From the NCBI GenBank assembly GCA_965200475.1, contig CBDAUL010000004.1:71303-135302 (forward strand): a stretch of 64,000 nucleotides of DNA, given 5' to 3'. This document shows, one piece after another, positions 10,506-19,711 of this stretch. This DNA is from Vicinamibacterales bacterium (GTDB lineage: Bacteria; Acidobacteriota; Vicinamibacteria; Vicinamibacterales; UBA8438). Made by a program: the position numbers and the translations under genes. The number at the start of each line of letters is the position of its first letter. Position 1 is the stretch's first letter. The notes below the pieces were generated by a model. The model saw nothing but the letters and a program-made list of their open reading frames with translations. It was not told where the DNA came from and did no database searches.

Positions 10506-11564
10506 TCAGCCGCCGAGGCCGAGCAAGCCCTGCTGCCAGGGCAGCAGCGCGTCGCGGGCGGCGCCGCCGCCGGTGACGACGGCCTCGAGCGCGGCGCGCG
10601 ACGCGATCAGGTCCGACTCGATCGCCAGCTCGGAGGCGGCGCGGTCGCGCCGCCGCTTCAGCGCGGCCACCTGCCGATCCTGCTCCGGCGCGAGGCGCGC
10701 GCGGCGCCTGGCCGCCGGGCGGCCGGGCCAGGCGTCCCGCTCGAGCCGCAACGCCTCGGCCGCGGCCCGCTGGAAGCGCTCCTGCCGGGCGGCGCGCAAG
10801 CCGCGCGGCGCCACGGCCTCGGCGCGGTCGAGGCGCTGCGCGGCGTCGACGAGGTCCTGGTTCGACAGGATGTGAAAGGGCGGCCGGTCGACGGCCCGCG
10901 CCTCGTCCTCGCGCCAATGCCACAGGGCGCGCAGGACCGCGCTGGCGCGCGCGCCGAGCGTATGGCTGCCGCGCACGCGCCACTCGGTCTCCGGGTCGCG
11001 TTCGCGCACGACGCGCGCGGCCGCCACCGCGCGGGCGCACGACTGCTCGAGCCACGCGACGCGGCCGAGCTCCGCGAGGCGGCGCTCGAGCCGTTCCGCC
11101 AGCGGGAGCAGAAAGCGTGTGTCGTTGCGAGCGTAGCGGGTCAGTTGCGGGGTCAGCGGCCGGCGCGCCCAGTTGGCCGTCTGCAGACCCTTGGGCAGCG
11201 CGACGCCGAAATGCTCGGCAACCAGCGCCGCGTAGCCGTAGCGCGCGGCGCCGGCGAGCCGGGCGGCGATGACGGTATCGAACACCCTGACCGGGGCGCC
11301 CAGGCCCAGGCGGTGCAGCATGCGCAGATCGAAGTCAGCACCGTGCATCACCATCTCGGTGCGCGACAGCGCCTGCAGCAACGGCGACAGATCGAGGCCG
11401 GCCAGGGGATCGACCAGCTCGTCGGCGCCGGGCAGCCCGACCTGCACCAGGCAGACCTTCTCGCGGTAGCAGTGCAGGCTGTCGGCCTCGGTATCGACCC
11501 CGACCCGGGCGCAGTCGGTGATGCGCTCGGCGAGCACGGCCAAGGCTGGCGGCGTATCAATCAC
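10506..11564 (-). CDS. rnd: Ribonuclease D family 3'-5' exonuclease with HRDC domain
   Basis: GVDTEADS, HGADFDL, WARRPL..YARND motifs; HRDC-like WREDEARAVDRPPFHIL. Confidence 0.88.
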   Translation of the reverse strand: MIDTPPALAVLAERITDCARVGVDTEADSLHCYREKVCLVQVGLPGADELVDPLAGLDLSPLLQALSRTEMVMHGADFDLRMLHRLGLGAPVRVFDTVIAARLAGAARYGYAALVAEHFGVALPKGLQTANWARRPLTPQLTRYARNDTRFLLPLAERLERRLAELGRVAWLEQSCARAVAAARVVRERDPETEWRVRGSHTLGARASAVLRALWHWREDEARAVDRPPFHILSNQDLVDAAQRLDRAEAVAPRGLRAARQERFQRAAAEALRLERDAWPGRPAARRRARLAPEQDRQVAALKRRRDRAASELAIESDLIASRAALEAVVTGGGAARDALLPWQQGLLGLGG

Positions 11565-11597
11565 GGCAGAGGAGAACTATAGCGGCGGGCGTACACG

Positions 11598-11636
11598 AAA
11601 ACACCCACGCCCCCGGCGGCGCCGGGGACGTGGGTG
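11598..11636 (-). terminator. Probable intrinsic terminator of the repeat-protein gene
   Basis: Minus strand reads CACCCACGtCCCCGGC-gcc-GCCGGGGgCGTGGGTG followed by TTTT, about 25 nt after the stop at 11660. Confidence 0.65.
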
Positions 11637-11659
11637 CCTGAAGCCCGGCCTGGCGGACG

Positions 11660-14479
11660 CTATTCCTGCGCGTCCGCGGCTACCGCGACCGGCGTCTGCG
11701 GCACGGGCGCGTCGGTGTTGACGGCCAGCCGCGCCGGCCCTGCATCCGCGGGATGATGCGGCGACGTCACGCCCACCCAGGCGCCCGCCGTCAAATCCTG
11801 CACCGCATCCCGGCTGTCCTCGGGCAGCGGCACCCGGAAGGTCAACTGCCCGCCGTCGGCGGCCACCGCCTCGAACGTCGCACGCAGCAGATACCGGTTG
11901 CTGCCCCACAGGCCCGAGCCGTCGTCCGCCATCACCGCGCGGATGCCGCTCGCCTCGTGCTCCTGACCGGACCAGGCAATCACGATGGGCTGACCAGCCG
12001 TGAGACTGGACGCCGCCGCGCCGGCCGCGGCGGCCACGATCTGCGCCCGCACCGTCAGCGCGCCGGCCTTCTCGTCGAGCGCCACCAGCTCACCGCCCCA
12101 GCGATACGTCGCATCCTGCGCCACGGCCGGCGCCGGCCGGCGCGACGGCACGTAGGCCGCGACCGCCAGCAGCGCCGACTGCGCATCGGCCGGATGGTGC
12201 GGCGAGGTCATCAGCGCCCAGGCGCCCCGCGTCAGCGAGCGCGCCGCGCTGCGGCTGCCCTCCGGCAACGGAACCCGGAAGCTCAACTGCCGGCCGCCGG
12301 CCGCCACCGACTCGAACGTCGCGCGCAGCAGATACCGGTCGCTGCCCCACAGACCCGAGCCGTCGTCCGCCGTCACCGCGCGGATGCCGCTCGCCTCGTC
12401 CCAGTAGCCCGACCACGTGATCACGATCGGCTCGCCTGCCGTCAGGCCGGCCGCCGCCGAGCGCGCCCCGGCCGAGACCATCTGCGCCCGCACCGTCAGC
12501 GCGCCGGCGGCCTCGTCCAGCTCCAGCAGCTCGCCGCCCCAGCGATACGTCGCGTCCTGCGCCAGGGGCGCCGGCGGCGGCTGCCGCGACGGCACGTAGG
12601 CGTTGACGGCCATCAGCGCCGACTGCGCATCGGCCGGATGGTGCGGCGAGGTCATCAGCGCCCAGGCGCCCCGCGTCAGCGAGCGCACCGCGCTGCGGCT
12701 GCCCTCCGGCAACGGCATCCGGAAGCTCAACTGCCGGCCGCCGGCCGCCACCGACTCGAACGTCGCACGCAGCAGATACCGGTCGCTGCCCCACAGGCCC
12801 GAGCCGTCGTCCGCCGTCACCGCGCGGATGCCGCTCGCCTCGTCCCCGTAGCCCGACCACGTGATCACGATCGGCTCGCCTGCCGTCAGGCCGGCCGCCG
12901 CCGAGCGTGCCCCGGCCGAGACCATCTGCGCCCGCACCGTCAGTGCCTCCGACGCCTCGTCGAGCGCCACCAGCTCGCCGCCCCAGCGATACGTCGCATC
13001 CTGCGCCAGGGGCGCCGGCAGCGGCTGCCGCGACGGCACGTAGGCGTTGACGGCCATCAGCGCCGACTGCGCATCGGCCGGATGGTGCGGCGAGGTCATC
13101 AGCGCCCAGGCGCCCCGCGTCAGCGAGCGCACCGCGCTGCGGCTGCCCTCCGGCAACGGAACCCGGAAGCTCAACTGCCGGCCGCCGGCCGCCACCGACT
13201 CGAACGTCGCACGCAGCAGATACCGGTCGCTGCCCCACAGGCCCGAGCCGTCGTCCGCCGTCACCGCGCGGATGCCGCTCGCCTCGTCCCCGTAGCCCGA
13301 CCACGTGATCACGATCGGCTCGCCTGCCGTCAGGCCGGCCGCCGCCGAGCGCGCCTCGGCCGAGACCATCTGCGCCCGCACCGTCAGTGCCTCCGACGCC
13401 TCGTCGAGCGCCACCAGCTCGCCGCCCCAGCGATACGTCGCGTCCTGCGCCAGGGGCGCCGGCAGCGGCTGCCGCGACGGCACGTAGGAATTGATGGCCA
13501 TCAGCGGCGGCTGCGCGTCGGCAGGATGATGCGGCGAGGTCATGCGCGCCCACGCGCCCTGCGACAGCGAGCGCACCATGCTCTGGCTGTCCTCCGGCAG
13601 CGGCACGCGGAAGGTGAGCTGCCGGCCTGCGCCTTCGACGGCCTCGAACTTCGCGCGCAGCAGGTACCGGTCGCTCCCCCACAGACCCGAGCCGTCGTCC
13701 GCCAGCACCGCGCGGATGCCGCTCGCCTCGTCCCCGTAGCCCGACCACGTGATCATGATCGGCTCACCCGCCGTCAGGCCGGCCGCCGCCGACCGCGCCT
13801 CGGTCGAGACCATCTGCGCCCGCACCGTCAACGCGCCGGCGGTCTCGTCGAGCCGCCTGAGCTCGCCGTCCCAGCGATACGTCGCACCCCGCGCCACGGG
13901 GGCGCGCCGATCCCGCGACGGCGCGTAGGCATCGACCGCGAGCAGCGCCGGCGCGTCCTCGAGATGACGCGGCGACGTCATCCGCGCCCACACGCCGCGC
14001 GTCAGCGAGCGGACCGTGCCAAGGCTCGCCTCCGGCAGCGGCACACGGAACGTCAGATAGCGGTTCTCCGCGTCGAGCGCCTCGAAGGCCGCCCGCAGCG
14101 GAAACCGCTCGCTGTCTCCCTCGGACGCCGGCTCGTCGCCGGCGGCCGCCGCGTGACCGCCCGCACGCGCCACCGACCAGACGCCGCTCGCCCGGTCCCC
14201 GTAGCCCGACCAGGTGACGACGATGGAGTCGCCCGCGCGCAGGCCTTCACTCTCCTCCAGGACGGCCGGCGACAGGACGCGGGCCTTGACCGTCAGCGTC
14301 CCGGCCCCCTCGTCGAGCGCCACCAGCTCGCCAGTCCACCGGTACGTCTCTTCCGGTGATGACGAGGCGGTCGATGTGGGGGTCGCCGTGCCGGCCACCC
14401 AGATGAGCAGACCGGCCGCGCATGCGGCAACCCGCGCTCGTCCGGCTGCCCTGCTCCGATGTTCCGTCTGATTCAGCAT
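11660..14479 (-). CDS. Secreted hypothetical protein of six tandem ~148-aa repeats
   Basis: N-terminal signal-like segment; unit YRWGGELVALDE...LTVRAQ...TSPHHP repeated six times; AAGGAG RBS upstream. Confidence 0.85.
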   Translation of the reverse strand: MLNQTEHRSRAAGRARVAACAAGLLIWVAGTATPTSTASSSPEETYRWTGELVALDEGAGTLTVKARVLSPAVLEESEGLRAGDSIVVTWSGYGDRASGVWSVARAGGHAAAAGDEPASEGDSERFPLRAAFEALDAENRYLTFRVPLPEASLGTVRSLTRGVWARMTSPRHLEDAPALLAVDAYAPSRDRRAPVARGATYRWDGELRRLDETAGALTVRAQMVSTEARSAAAGLTAGEPIMITWSGYGDEASGIRAVLADDGSGLWGSDRYLLRAKFEAVEGAGRQLTFRVPLPEDSQSMVRSLSQGAWARMTSPHHPADAQPPLMAINSYVPSRQPLPAPLAQDATYRWGGELVALDEASEALTVRAQMVSAEARSAAAGLTAGEPIVITWSGYGDEASGIRAVTADDGSGLWGSDRYLLRATFESVAAGGRQLSFRVPLPEGSRSAVRSLTRGAWALMTSPHHPADAQSALMAVNAYVPSRQPLPAPLAQDATYRWGGELVALDEASEALTVRAQMVSAGARSAAAGLTAGEPIVITWSGYGDEASGIRAVTADDGSGLWGSDRYLLRATFESVAAGGRQLSFRMPLPEGSRSAVRSLTRGAWALMTSPHHPADAQSALMAVNAYVPSRQPPPAPLAQDATYRWGGELLELDEAAGALTVRAQMVSAGARSAAAGLTAGEPIVITWSGYWDEASGIRAVTADDGSGLWGSDRYLLRATFESVAAGGRQLSFRVPLPEGSRSAARSLTRGAWALMTSPHHPADAQSALLAVAAYVPSRRPAPAVAQDATYRWGGELVALDEKAGALTVRAQIVAAAAGAAASSLTAGQPIVIAWSGQEHEASGIRAVMADDGSGLWGSNRYLLRATFEAVAADGGQLTFRVPLPEDSRDAVQDLTAGAWVGVTSPHHPADAGPARLAVNTDAPVPQTPVAVAADAQE
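11690..14345. repeat. Intragenic tandem repeat, ~444-bp period, 6 units
   Basis: Shadow ORFs recur at 12417/12861/13305 and 12603/13047 (444-bp offset); inner units nearly identical at DNA level. Confidence 0.92.
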
Positions 14480-14691
14480 GACTTACTCCTTCATCACCGC
14501 GGATGGACGGCGGGGCTGCCGCGCATCGCGTGACACAAGCCGTCTGCACATACGGCCGGCGCCGCCCGGCGCAACGGTGCGCCAAGACAGGGGTCTCCGC
14601 TGAGCGGAGACCGACTGACGCCGACCGAAGACTGGCTCTGGGAGAAGCCGTCTACTAAGGACGGAGGCTTGACCTATTGCCTCCCGCCACC

Positions 14692-14720
14692 ATTATGGGG
14701 ACGAACGCGGCGGGGGTCAA
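14692..14720 (-). promoter_or_regulatory. Sigma70-type promoter for the repeat-protein gene
   Basis: Minus strand TTGACC (14720-14715), 17-nt spacer, CATAAT (14697-14692). Confidence 0.7.
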
Positions 14721-16927
14721 GCGGAAACGATTTCCGAGACGTCGGCGAGCTGCAGGATCACCTGCTCGACCTCCTGCATGAGGCGCAGCCGGGCGCTGCG
14801 CAGCGCCGGATCGTCCGCCATGACGAACACCTCGGTGAAGAAGCGGTCGACGGCGGGCCCGATCTTCGCCGCCTCGGCGAACGCCGCGCGGAACCCGGCG
14901 CCCTCCTGCACGGCCGCGTCGATGACGGAGCGGCGCGCGGTCAGCTCGGCAAGCAGCGCCCGCTCGGCGGGTTCGGTCAGGGCGGCTTCGAACGGCGCTT
15001 CGCCCGCGGCCGGGCCGGCGTCGCCGGGCAGCTCCCTCGCGATGTTCTTCACCCGCTTGAAGAGCGTCGCCAGCGTCCGGAAATCGGCGGTGTCCGTGAA
15101 CTCGGGCAGCACCTCCAGCTTGCGGCGCGCGTCGAGCGGCCGGAGCGTGTCGAGCGGCTGATGGGTCACGGCGCGCACGTTGCGCCGGTCGAACCCGCGG
15201 ATCTCCAGCAGGTAGCGGAGCCGCTCGAGAAGGAACGCGGTCTCGCGCTCGCGCGCGCCGTCGTCGGCTGCGTCCGCCCCGGCGAGGCTCCGCAGCGCGC
15301 CCAGCGCGACGCGCGCCTCCAGACCTGTCAGCTCCGGCAGATCGACCAGGATCCGCAGCATGCCCTGCGCCTGGCGGCGAATCCCCAGCGGGTCGCGGGA
15401 ACCCGTCGGCTTCTCGCCGGCGCCGAACAGGCCGGCCACGGTATCCACCTTGTCGGCCAACGCCACAGCGGCCCAGGTCGCCGCCGCGGCGCCCAGGGCC
15501 GCCCTCGACGGCGGGTCGTCCGCGCCCACGCCGATTGGCAGGTAGTGGTGGTAGATGGCCTTCCAGACTGCCTCGGGCTCGCCCTGCTCGCGCGCGTAGA
15601 CGCCGCCCATCACCCCCTGCAGCTCCGGGAACTCGCCCACCATGTCGGTGGCGAGGTCCGCCTTGGCCAGGGTGGCGGCGCGCCGCGCGTCGGGGGCCGC
15701 ATCCGGGCAGCCGAGCACGTCTCCGGCGATGCGCTCGGCCAGCGCCGCCATGCGCTCGGACTTGTCCCGGTAGCTGCCGAGACGCTTGTGGAAGAGCAGC
15801 GTGTCGAGCCGGGCGAGGCGGTCGTCCAGCGGCCGCGCACGGTCGGCGTCCCAGAAGAAGCGGGCGTCGCGCAGCCGCGCCACGAGCACCCGCTCCGCGT
15901 TGCGCGCGATGCGCGCGACGTTGTCGCGCGGCGTGTTGGTCACCGCCAGGAAGTGCGGCAGCAGCCGCCCGCCGCCGTCGACGACCGGGAAATAGTGCTG
16001 GTGATGCACCATCGTGGTCGACAGCACCTCGTCCGGCAGCGACAGGAACTCCGCGGGGAAGCTGCCGGTCACCACGGCCGGATGCTCGACCAGGTCGGGC
16101 ACCTCGCGGGCCAGCGCCGACTGCGCCTCGATGGGCGCCACCGAGCCGCCGACCCTGCGGGCGCAGGCCTCGAGCTTGCGGGTCACCCGGGCCCGCCGCT
16201 CCGCGCGATCGATCAGTACGTACGCGCGCGCCAGACGCCGCCGGTAGTCGGCGAACGACGAAACCTCGAGCGGCTCGCCCGCGCCGCCCTCCCGGGCGAA
16301 GAAGCGGTGCCCGTAGGTGACGTTGCCCGCCCGGACCGGCGCCACGCCGGCTGTCCGCGCAGCGGTCGTGCGGCCGATGACGAACGGCACGACCCGGCCG
16401 CCGTACAGGAAGACCAGCCAGCGCACCGGCCGGCCGAAGAGGAACTCGCCGCGCCCGTCGTCCAGCGCGGCGTCCCAGCGCATCGCCTTCGGAAAGGCGA
16501 GGTCGCGCAGCGTGGCGGCGAGCACCGCGCCGAGCACGGAGCGCGTCGTGCCGCCGCGCTGCCGGCGCCGGTACGCCAGGTACTCTCCCTTGCCGGTGTC
16601 GATCCGCTCGAGCGCGGCCACGTCCACACCCTGCTTGCGCGCGAACCCGAGCGCCGCCCGCGTGGGCTCGCCCGCCGCGTCGAAGGCCGCCCGCACGGGC
16701 GGCCCCGTCACCGTCTCCTCCAGGTCCGACTGCCGGTCCGCCGCCTCCGCAACGGCCGCCACCAGCCGCCGCGGGCCGACGAACGCCCGCACGGGCGTGC
16801 GGCAGACCACCCGCGCCGCCTCCAGTTGCGCCGCCAGCCGCTCGGCAAGCTGCGCCTCGAGGCCGGGGATCCAGCTCGCCGGCATCTCCTCGCAGCCGAT
16901 TTCGAGCAGCAGCTCGCGGCGGGCCAT
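14717..16927 (-). CDS. glyS: Glycine--tRNA ligase beta subunit
   Basis: LLLEIGCEEMP, FPKAMRW, KADLATDMVGEFPELQG and PTGSRDPLGIRR motifs. Confidence 0.96.
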   Translation of the reverse strand: MARRELLLEIGCEEMPASWIPGLEAQLAERLAAQLEAARVVCRTPVRAFVGPRRLVAAVAEAADRQSDLEETVTGPPVRAAFDAAGEPTRAALGFARKQGVDVAALERIDTGKGEYLAYRRRQRGGTTRSVLGAVLAATLRDLAFPKAMRWDAALDDGRGEFLFGRPVRWLVFLYGGRVVPFVIGRTTAARTAGVAPVRAGNVTYGHRFFAREGGAGEPLEVSSFADYRRRLARAYVLIDRAERRARVTRKLEACARRVGGSVAPIEAQSALAREVPDLVEHPAVVTGSFPAEFLSLPDEVLSTTMVHHQHYFPVVDGGGRLLPHFLAVTNTPRDNVARIARNAERVLVARLRDARFFWDADRARPLDDRLARLDTLLFHKRLGSYRDKSERMAALAERIAGDVLGCPDAAPDARRAATLAKADLATDMVGEFPELQGVMGGVYAREQGEPEAVWKAIYHHYLPIGVGADDPPSRAALGAAAATWAAVALADKVDTVAGLFGAGEKPTGSRDPLGIRRQAQGMLRILVDLPELTGLEARVALGALRSLAGADAADDGARERETAFLLERLRYLLEIRGFDRRNVRAVTHQPLDTLRPLDARRKLEVLPEFTDTADFRTLATLFKRVKNIARELPGDAGPAAGEAPFEAALTEPAERALLAELTARRSVIDAAVQEGAGFRAAFAEAAKIGPAVDRFFTEVFVMADDPALRSARLRLMQEVEQVILQLADVSEIVSA

Positions 16928-16929
16928 GC

Positions 16930-17823
16930 CTAGCTTTCCGCCGGGGCCGCCGCCCCGGACGCCGCCCGCTCCCAGGCGACGTGCGCCTCGGCGATGGCGA
17001 CGGCCAGCTTCCGGACGCGCAGGATGTAGGCCGCCCGCTCGGTCACGCCGATGCTGCCGCTCGCATCCAGGAGGTTGAACGTGTGCGAGCACTTGAGGCA
17101 GTGGTCCAGCGCCGGCAGGGTCAGCCCCGACGCCAGCAGCCGCTCCGCCAGCTCGTAGTAGCGGTCGAACAGCTCGCGGTGCGCGCGCGCGTACTCGCCG
17201 GCCGGCAGCTCCACCTGGCCGAAGGCGTACTTCGACTGCTCCACCTCCTCGCGGTGCCGCACCTCGCCGTAGGAGACGCCGGGCGACCACTCGAGGTCGT
17301 AGACGTTGTCGACACCCTGCAGATGCATCGCGATGCGCTCGAGGCCGTAGGTCAGCTCGACGGAGATCGGCGCCAGGTCGAGGCCGCCCGCCTGCTGAAA
17401 ATAGGTGAACTGCGTGATCTCGAGCCCGTCGAGCAGCACCTGCCAGCCGATGCCCCAGGCGCCGAGCGTCGGCGATTCCCAGTTGTCCTCCTCGAAACGG
17501 ACGTCGTGGCGGGTGGGATCGATGCCGCACGCCTCGAGGCTGTCCAGGTAGATGCGCTGGGCCTCGTCCGGGGACGGCTTGAGGATCACCTGAAACTGAT
17601 GGTGCTTGAAGAGCCGGTTGGGGTTCTCGCCGAAGCGGCCGTCGGCCGGCCGGCGCGACGGCTGCACGTAGGCCACGTTCCAGGGCCGGGGCCCGAGGAC
17701 GCGCAGGAACGTCTCCGGGTGCATCGTCCCCGCGCCGACCTCGACATCCAGCGGCTGCTGGATGAGGCAGCCCTTCTCCGACCAGAAGCGCGAGAGCGAC
17801 AGGATGAGATCCTGGAGCGTCAT
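16930..17823 (-). CDS. glyQ: Glycine--tRNA ligase alpha subunit
   Basis: [37 protein letters not shown] and ELTYGLER motifs. Confidence 0.98.
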   Translation of the reverse strand: MTLQDLILSLSRFWSEKGCLIQQPLDVEVGAGTMHPETFLRVLGPRPWNVAYVQPSRRPADGRFGENPNRLFKHHQFQVILKPSPDEAQRIYLDSLEACGIDPTRHDVRFEEDNWESPTLGAWGIGWQVLLDGLEITQFTYFQQAGGLDLAPISVELTYGLERIAMHLQGVDNVYDLEWSPGVSYGEVRHREEVEQSKYAFGQVELPAGEYARAHRELFDRYYELAERLLASGLTLPALDHCLKCSHTFNLLDASGSIGVTERAAYILRVRKLAVAIAEAHVAWERAASGAAAPAES

Positions 17824-17962
17824 GACCACGAACGACGCCCCCGCGGTGTCCCGCCGCCTGACGCGCGCGGGTCTGGAATCGGTGCGTCTGCGCCTATCTT
17901 AGCAGCCTTCCCTGGCCCGCCAATCGTCGCCTGACGGCTCCGCTCGGCGCCCAACCAACCCT

Positions 17963-17999
17963 GCAGGAGTCCGCGCCGTTCTACGGCGCAGACTCCTGC
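17963..17999. terminator. Long imperfect hairpin overlapping the stop of the 17981..18499 gene
   Basis: GCAGGAGTCcGCGCCGT-tct-ACGGCGCaGACTCCTGC; no clear U-tract. Confidence 0.45.
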
Positions 18000-18499
18000 T
18001 CGCCGGTCAGCCGATCGGCCTCCCGGCCGTACGCTGCGATGATGTCGTCGAGCACGAGATCCAGCTCCTCCTCGTTGTCGACGTGCGTCAGCTCGTTCAG
18101 GTCGATGCGTGCCACCACCTGCCCCAGCAGCGCGCCGGCTTCCCGCGACAGTCCCGAGTAGGCGGTGTGCAGCAGCCCGCAGGCCTGGGCGAACCCGTTG
18201 ACGACGAGCTGCTCCCGGCCCGGACTGCCGAGCACGGCGAGCAGGCTCCCGCGCGTGGCGTCGAGACAGTCGGCGGCCTCGCGCAGCCGCTGCGCAGCTT
18301 CTCCCGCCGCCGGCGACGGCCGCGTCCCTCCCCGCCGCTCGGCCCCCGCACGCTCCGCGACCGGCGCCGCGGCATCCGGCGTCGCCGCTTCCTCCGGCGG
18401 CGCCGACACGTTCGCTCCCGCGATGAACAGCCCGATCAGCAACGCGGCCAGACCGACGCCGGCAAGCAGCAAGCGTATCGTGAACCCTGGCGTTCTCAT
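17981..18499 (-). CDS. Hypothetical membrane-anchored protein
   Basis: MRTPGFTIRLLLAGVGLAALLIGLFIA TM/signal segment followed by a helical domain; fills the recO-glyQ gap. Confidence 0.6.
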   Translation of the reverse strand: MRTPGFTIRLLLAGVGLAALLIGLFIAGANVSAPPEEAATPDAAAPVAERAGAERRGGTRPSPAAGEAAQRLREAADCLDATRGSLLAVLGSPGREQLVVNGFAQACGLLHTAYSGLSREAGALLGQVVARIDLNELTHVDNEEELDLVLDDIIAAYGREADRLTGEQESAP

Positions 18500-18533
18500 A
18501 GTCGGATCTCCACGCCCGTCCGTCGCCAGAGCA

Positions 18534-18551
18534 TAGCAGCCCGTGGTGAAA
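18534..18551 (+). mobile_element. Solo IS-end-like sequence matching the left TIR of the 61726..63218 element
   Basis: TA-GCAGCCCGTGGTGAAA versus TA-ACAGCCCGTGGTGAAA at 61724 (one mismatch in 18 nt). Confidence 0.55.
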
Positions 18552-18632
18552 CCCCGCGTCGCACCGAGAGCGGCCAGGCGCACGGCCGGCAAGGCGCGAC
18601 GAGGGCGCGCCGGCGGCAGGTACCGGCGCGGC

Positions 18633-19388
18633 TCAGGCGCCGCCGGCGTGCAGCTCCCGCAGCACGCGCAGCGAGCGCAGCTCCTTCTGGAGATTGGCGG
18701 CGATGAGCAGCCGGTGGACCGCGGCCAGCTCGCGCGCGGCGCGCGGGGGCAGATCGACCTCGCCGAGCTGCTCCGGCGGCCGCTTCGCCGCGGCGCTCAG
18801 GAACGCGAGCGCGGCCGGTGACAGGTCGCCGCCGCCGCCGGGCGGGCCGCAGTCGCGACAGACGCACACGCCGTACGGCGCGGTCACCTGCGCGCCCCGG
18901 TCGCCCAGCGCGGCCCCGCATTCGTGGCAGGCGGCGAGCGACGGATAGACGCCCTGCAGGCGCAGCAGCCAGTACTCGAAGTAGCGCGCGGCGGGCCCGG
19001 CCGGGACGCCCGACGCGAGCGCGGCCATGACCGTGGCGCCGAGCCGGAACAGGCGCTCGCTCGGGTCGCCCTCGGGCGCCCACTCGTCGATCAGCTCGGC
19101 GAAGTAGCCGGCGTGCTCGAGCACCTCCGCGCTGCCGCTGGCCAGCGGCGACAGCACCGGCTCCACGTAGGTGAGCCGGACCAGATCCCGGTGCTCGCGC
19201 TCGAAGTAGGCGACCCGCGCCCGGGTGAACGCCTCCAGCCCGCCGGAAAAGCGCGACCGCATCCGCCGCGCGCCCCTGGCGACGCCGCGCCGCTTGCCGC
19301 GATCGCTGGTGAGGAAGACGACGATCCGATCCGCCTCGCCCAGCTTGTAGGTGCGCAGGATCAGTGCGTCGGCCGTATACAGCGGCAT
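18633..19388 (-). CDS. recO: DNA repair protein RecO
   Basis: ALILRTYKLGEADRIV, VARGARRMRSRF, zinc finger CHEC...CRDC. Confidence 0.95.
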   Translation of the reverse strand: MPLYTADALILRTYKLGEADRIVVFLTSDRGKRRGVARGARRMRSRFSGGLEAFTRARVAYFEREHRDLVRLTYVEPVLSPLASGSAEVLEHAGYFAELIDEWAPEGDPSERLFRLGATVMAALASGVPAGPAARYFEYWLLRLQGVYPSLAACHECGAALGDRGAQVTAPYGVCVCRDCGPPGGGGDLSPAALAFLSAAAKRPPEQLGEVDLPPRAARELAAVHRLLIAANLQKELRSLRVLRELHAGGA

Positions 19389-19454
19389 TGTTCCAGAGCC
19401 GAGCCCGACACTATTCTATCGTCAGCATCCGGCGGCGGGACCGCGAGACGTCCG

Positions 19455-19702
19455 CGCCGGCAGACTCCGCAAGGGCGCGCACGGCGCGCGTCGGCGGGAG
19501 TTGGGGCGGAAGTGGCGCGGGGCTAAAGGGCCCCCGCAAACGACGGCGTTCGCGGCAAGCCCGTCTGATGCAGCGGAGTCTGCCCGACAGAACCACGCAG
19601 ACTCCGCAAGGCGCGCACAGCGCGCCTCGGCGGGAGTGGCGCGGGGCTATGGGGCCCCCGCAAACGAACGCCGGGGGCTTGGGGCGTAGCCCCATCTGAA
19701 GG
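19455..19702 (-). repeat. REP-like ~95-bp palindromic repeat, 2 units (one degenerate)
   Basis: Reverse complement of the 36.5-kb unit (...GGGGCGTAGCCCCATCTG); 11-bp IR GCGGAGTCTGC/GCAGACTCCGC at 19573-19607. Confidence 0.8.
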
Positions 19703-19711
19703 AGGAAACCG

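Noticed and set aside
14640-14690. Fluoride (crcB) or c-di-GMP-I riboswitch in the repeat-gene leader
   Set aside because: Only superficial similarity; the conserved downstream elements I recall for those families are absent
17940-18000. Integron attC site
   Set aside because: A hairpin is present, but it lacks properly placed RYYYAAC/GTTRRRY ends and there is no integrase or cassette array
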